From an uncultured virus (IMG/VR IMGVR_UViG_3300030104_002535) (Duplodnaviria > Heunggongvirae > Uroviricota > Caudoviricetes), in IMG/VR virus record IMGVR_UViG_3300030104_002535: 20,000 nt of DNA; one strand, 5' to 3'. The position numbers were made by a program, and so were the translations under genes. Below, piece after piece: positions 16,074 to 20,000 of this stretch (the stretch's first letter is position 1; every line of letters starts with the position of its first letter). The notes beneath the pieces are model-generated. The model did not search any database. It worked only from the letters and a program-made list of their open reading frames with translations, and had not been told where the DNA came from.

Positions 16074-18110
16074 TTATCTACGAATAAAATATTGATTTAT
16101 TAATTCTTTTGTATCGTCGTTAACACTATTAACAAGTAAAAATTCGCTTAAAAGGTCTGCTTCTGATACGTATTTTTCCTGTAATTTATCTACTTTTTTC
16201 TGAGCTGCAGTTAAGAAAAATTTATTTCTTTGTTTTAAAACATTTTCCAAAAAACTTCTACTATACACTTCACCAAAACGAAGTCCTTGCAAAGGAGCAC
16301 CTGCGTCTTTTATATACTTTATAGGTTTGACTTTTCTTTGAGCTTCTACAATTTCTTTTCTAGTCAACCCTGATAATCTAGGAATGAACATTTGTTTCAA
16401 TTGTTCTCCTACTTTTGGAACATTCCTTTCAGTAGGACCAATCAACATAACTTTATCTCCTGTACCCTGTAAGCTTTGTATTATAATTTGATTGTCCATC
16501 TTAATGTCATCAAGCTCTTTTATTGCAGTTTGTAGTCTAGTAGCATTGCCTCCTGATTTTAAAGCTCTTGTGTTAAAAAAGTTCATACCTCCTTTTTCAA
16601 AAAGTCTTATTGCTTTCTTTCCATCACGTGTGCTACCTATAATCTTTAATTTATTTGTCAGAGAATCTAATCTATCTCTTTCATCTGGTGTGTAATTTCT
16701 TGTTCCAGCAATCCTATCAAGATAAGCTTTTTCTTGAATTATTTGAGATAAAGCAATTTCGTTCTCTGAGAATAACTCACTTCTTTCTAAGGGTATTGAA
16801 GCAACAATGTTTCCGTTAATATCTTTTTCTCCAAATTTTTCAGGATTGACTGTAGCCCTAGCTCTGTTTGCTACATCTATAGACTTTGTAATTCTGTTTT
16901 CAATTGTATCTTCTGCTAGACGAACATCGTTAGGACCTAATTTAAAATCGTCTCCGTCTCCAGTGTCTGTATCATCTCCTGTAAATGTAGTATCTTCTGT
17001 TGTAGGAACACCAAAGTGTTTTGCGTCAATCCCAGACTGTATAAGCTCTGCTTCTATTCGGTCTATTTGGTCATCGGATAAAAATATGTTTCCAAATTTT
17101 GTAAGTTTTTCATCCTTTGCCCCAGTTTGTAGGTCTCTAAAATTAGGAGAATTAGAATTTGCCATGGCTCTTGATATAGTAAGTTTAGTAAAAATATCAT
17201 CCTTTTCTGTCTCAGATGCATTGTCTAGATATAAATTTTTACCTTCTTTAGAAACAAACAAGTCATCAAAAGAATTAAAAAATTCTTGACCAGCTGCAAT
17301 ATACTGAGGTCTACCATACTGCTCGTATGCTTCTCTAAGAAGACTGTCTCTTCTAAGTTTATTAGGCCCCATACCAAGAATAGGATTTTGGTATTCTGAT
17401 GGAAGATATTTAGCGTATGCCTCTAAATCTTCTGTTGATACTGCTTTGTCGTATGTCTTGATAGCTGAACCAACACTATTTTGATACAGTGTTTCAATAT
17501 CCATAGCCATTTTAGGACTTCTATTTAAAATTCTTACACCAGTATACCTTCCTGATTCCATAAATTCTTTATTGTTCATAATTGCAGAAAAGTCTGTACC
17601 CATAGTCAAAGAATATGTATCTTTATTTTTAAGCATCCATTTGTATGCTGCAGTTGTATCATCTTGAGAAGCTTGTGTGTCATTAAGAGTATCCATAAAT
17701 CCCTGCGCTTTTGTGTTCGCATCGCTCAAGGTTTTTAGTCTTGTTTTATAAGCAGATAACTTTGATTTAGCTTCAGGTCCTATAAGCTTAGCATTCTCAG
17801 GGTCATTTACATACATTTCATAAATATTGAAATTTGATTCAGCGCTCTTAGAATCTCTGTTGTTAAAAGAAACCTCTAATCCCTCTAGATAAGGAGCAAC
17901 ATCTCTGTTATAGTTTCTTCTATCCTCAATACCATCTCTTTGAGCCTGGTACATCATTCTTGTTTGAAACTGCTCTTCTTCTCTTTCCCTTGCTTCATTT
18001 CTTTCAGCTCTTTGCATTTCTTGTTGAATTATATTAGGCAGAGTCTGGTTAAGCAATCTATCTACAGCTGTTTCACCAGGCGTTACTGGATATAAAGGTC
18101 TTCTAGCCAT
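16074..18110 (-). CDS. Probable internal virion protein (678 aa)
   Basis: N-terminal charged coiled coil (QQEMQRAERNEAREREEEQF), Cys-free, TAATG-coupled. Confidence 0.6.
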   Translation of the reverse strand: MARRPLYPVTPGETAVDRLLNQTLPNIIQQEMQRAERNEAREREEEQFQTRMMYQAQRDGIEDRRNYNRDVAPYLEGLEVSFNNRDSKSAESNFNIYEMYVNDPENAKLIGPEAKSKLSAYKTRLKTLSDANTKAQGFMDTLNDTQASQDDTTAAYKWMLKNKDTYSLTMGTDFSAIMNNKEFMESGRYTGVRILNRSPKMAMDIETLYQNSVGSAIKTYDKAVSTEDLEAYAKYLPSEYQNPILGMGPNKLRRDSLLREAYEQYGRPQYIAAGQEFFNSFDDLFVSKEGKNLYLDNASETEKDDIFTKLTISRAMANSNSPNFRDLQTGAKDEKLTKFGNIFLSDDQIDRIEAELIQSGIDAKHFGVPTTEDTTFTGDDTDTGDGDDFKLGPNDVRLAEDTIENRITKSIDVANRARATVNPEKFGEKDINGNIVASIPLERSELFSENEIALSQIIQEKAYLDRIAGTRNYTPDERDRLDSLTNKLKIIGSTRDGKKAIRLFEKGGMNFFNTRALKSGGNATRLQTAIKELDDIKMDNQIIIQSLQGTGDKVMLIGPTERNVPKVGEQLKQMFIPRLSGLTRKEIVEAQRKVKPIKYIKDAGAPLQGLRFGEVYSRSFLENVLKQRNKFFLTAAQKKVDKLQEKYVSEADLLSEFLLVNSVNDDTKELINQYFIRR

Positions 18111-18796
18111 TAGTAACTCCCTCCTGACATACTAGCTTCAATTTGTGCTTGAATTTGAGCTAAAACGTCTGGCGAGAACTGAAATCCTCCACTAAAATCT
18201 GGAAGACTTGCTCCCATAGCTCCTGGTTGAAGAAGACCATTACCAGAAGTTTCTACATTACCATCATTAGGGTCTGGGTCAAAGCTTCTAATATTAAGAG
18301 ACATTTGTGCTTGGCTTCCTAAAAAGTCTAATAATGTTCCTTCTAATTGCCCTAGTTTTGCTCCAATGTTTTCTTGTACTGACTGCATACCGCTCTCTCT
18401 TTGCTGTATAAGTCCTTGTTGTTCAGACATACCTACTCTAGCTGCAGTTCTTCTTTGTCTTTGAGCTGCCCCGCCTACCAACCCAGTCTGTCCTGATTGA
18501 TTTCTTATTTCATCCATACTACCACCATATCTCTGTCTTAAGTCTTGAGATTGTTGTGAGAATTGTCGTGAAACGTTTGTAAGTAGGTTCTGTTCTAGTT
18601 CTCCTAGAGAAGCTTGAGCTTCTTGAAAACCAGCTACATCAAAAGGTTGAAAATACATATCGTATTCTGTACCATAATCTGTTCCCTCTCCAAAGCCATA
18701 TAGTGAACCTGGTGATGTAAGGGCACTCATGTCGTACCCAAGAGAACCTAATAAGTCTGTTAGTGATTGAAAATTTGTTGAATATCCGTTTGCCAT
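18110..18796 (-). CDS. Probable internal virion protein (228 aa, Gln/Gly-rich)
   Basis: Q/G/S-rich helical low-complexity composition. TAATG overlaps at both ends. Confidence 0.55.
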   Translation of the reverse strand: MANGYSTNFQSLTDLLGSLGYDMSALTSPGSLYGFGEGTDYGTEYDMYFQPFDVAGFQEAQASLGELEQNLLTNVSRQFSQQSQDLRQRYGGSMDEIRNQSGQTGLVGGAAQRQRRTAARVGMSEQQGLIQQRESGMQSVQENIGAKLGQLEGTLLDFLGSQAQMSLNIRSFDPDPNDGNVETSGNGLLQPGAMGASLPDFSGGFQFSPDVLAQIQAQIEASMSGGSY

Positions 18797-19632
18797 TATA
18801 ATGTTTTTCCTCTCTCCATCAATGATTTTATAAAGAAGTCAGGATAAGAGCGTAAGTTCAGACTAGGCATTGTAACTTCTTCTACCTCTTCTGGTTTTTC
18901 TCCTTTTAGCAAAGACATCATTTGATTAAATCCTTGCGTCTTTTCTAGCTGCCTTGATGCAATTCTTTCATTTACTCCGCCTGAGCCTGTTAATAGAAAA
19001 TCTCCAAAACTTCCTTCTTCAAAGAACTTCATAGGTTCTCCTTTTTGAAAAATATTTCCTAAAGTTCTCTCTATAAACGTATCTTTTTCTTTAAATCTTT
19101 TTGCGCCTTTTTTAAACATTTTATCGAAGTCTTTACCAAACGCTTTTGTCATACTAAAGGAAGTATAAGCATCTGTAAGTGCGTTTGTTAAATCAAGAAG
19201 GTTTTGTCCTTCTGAAGCATCTTTAATAAATTGATTTGTAGAAGCTATATCTGCATCAAAGTCAGCTCTTGCTTCAGAAAAGAATTTACCACCAGGAGCT
19301 AAGTTTTTAATAGTTGTTTCATATTCAGGAACTAAAGCTGCTCCTACACCAGAAACACCGCCAGTTACAGCGGCTCCTAATAAAGGATTACCAGTAGCTA
19401 AACCAACACCAGTTCCTATTGCTTGACCAAGTAAACGTCTTCTACCGCGCTTCTTAGCCCTTTTCTTCATTTCTCTTTCAGCTTTTTCTACTTCTGCTTG
19501 ATATTCTCTTCTTCCTGCTTCTAATTGTTTTTGTTCTGTTTGTACATCAGTTTGTAATTGTGTTCTACCAAGAGTTGCTTGTAAAGCTTGTTTACCTCTT
19601 TGTCTTGCTAACAACTGTCCAAATGTTGCCAT
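18796..19632 (-). CDS. Probable ejection/pilot protein with a glycine-zipper membrane segment (278 aa)
   Basis: Coiled coil, then basic KKRAKKRGRRR, then LLGQAIGTGVGLATGNPLLGAAVTGGVSGVGAALV (GxxxG repeats). Confidence 0.6.
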   Translation of the reverse strand: MATFGQLLARQRGKQALQATLGRTQLQTDVQTEQKQLEAGRREYQAEVEKAEREMKKRAKKRGRRRLLGQAIGTGVGLATGNPLLGAAVTGGVSGVGAALVPEYETTIKNLAPGGKFFSEARADFDADIASTNQFIKDASEGQNLLDLTNALTDAYTSFSMTKAFGKDFDKMFKKGAKRFKEKDTFIERTLGNIFQKGEPMKFFEEGSFGDFLLTGSGGVNERIASRQLEKTQGFNQMMSLLKGEKPEEVEEVTMPSLNLRSYPDFFIKSLMERGKTL

Positions 19633-20000
19633 TATAATTTACCTTCCGTTAATTCTAAAAAATGTTCTACACTACCAGCGCCTTCTTCTGTGTTGTAGTG
19701 TTTCTTCCAATACTTTGCTAATTCTTCTTCGCCTTCTTTAATTGGCTCTGGTATACGCCAGTACTTAATTCTACAATGTAATATACCAGCGCTGATGTTA
19801 GTACGAAGAATCCAATCCCAATCATCAATGTTAGCATCAATGAAAAAATAAGGGTCAATCCCAAGAATATCAGCAGATGCCTGAAGCAACTCAGGGCGAG
19901 ATGATATAAAGTTTTTACAATTGTCGACGGCTGTGCTGGGCTCCACTTGCCAAAAGCTTCTTGCAGGACCCTTACCAATTTGTTCGATATATTCGTACTT
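19632..20000 (-). CDS. Lysozyme/lytic-transglycosylase-like protein, 5' end outside the window
   Basis: Frame is open to the window edge: KYEYIEQIGKGPARSFWQVEPST...YWKKHYNTEEGAG. The Q and YN motifs resemble lysozyme-fold motifs II and III. The catalytic Glu would lie just outside the window. Confidence 0.55.
   Translation of the reverse strand, partial: KYEYIEQIGKGPARSFWQVEPSTAVDNCKNFISSRPELLQASADILGIDPYFFIDANIDDWDWILRTNISAGILHCRIKYWRIPEPIKEGEEELAKYWKKHYNTEEGAGSVEHFLELTEGKL

Noticed and set aside
10751..17289. Plus-strand ORFs such as 11112..11564 and 16807..17289
   Set aside because: Ser/Phe/Leu-rich antisense shadows of the minus-strand genes.
19718..19978. 86-aa hydrophobic minus-strand ORF as a holin
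   Set aside because: Nested out of frame within the lysozyme-like gene. The hydrophobicity may be a frame artefact and I saw no convincing SD.

Overview
A 20 kb segment of an AT-rich (roughly 35% GC by eye) tailed dsDNA phage, probably podovirus-like, with two convergent gene blocks. The + strand block (1-10312) starts with an early/accessory region: a class II glutamine amidotransferase translationally coupled to a Zn-finger-fused putative amidoligase (COOH-NH2 ligase), flanked by long intergenic hairpins. Small ORFs, an RHH regulator on an apparently leaderless transcript with an operator-like inverted repeat, and a recombination/replication module follow (Cas4/RecB-like exonuclease, Rad52/Sak annealase, SSB, two PD-(D/E)xK nucleases including an Hjc-like resolvase, and DnaB with an altered Walker A). 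The - strand block (10309-20000) encodes a lysozyme/transglycosylase-like protein and probable internal virion (ejection) proteins of 278, 228, 678 and 1503 aa. The main unexplained signals are a left-to-right gradient of GAC/GTC enrichment, the apparent total absence of GATC, three long rod-like hairpins in the early region (one starting at a predicted transcription start), and the two-gene GATase/amidoligase unit. All motif counts were done by hand and no database searches were run.
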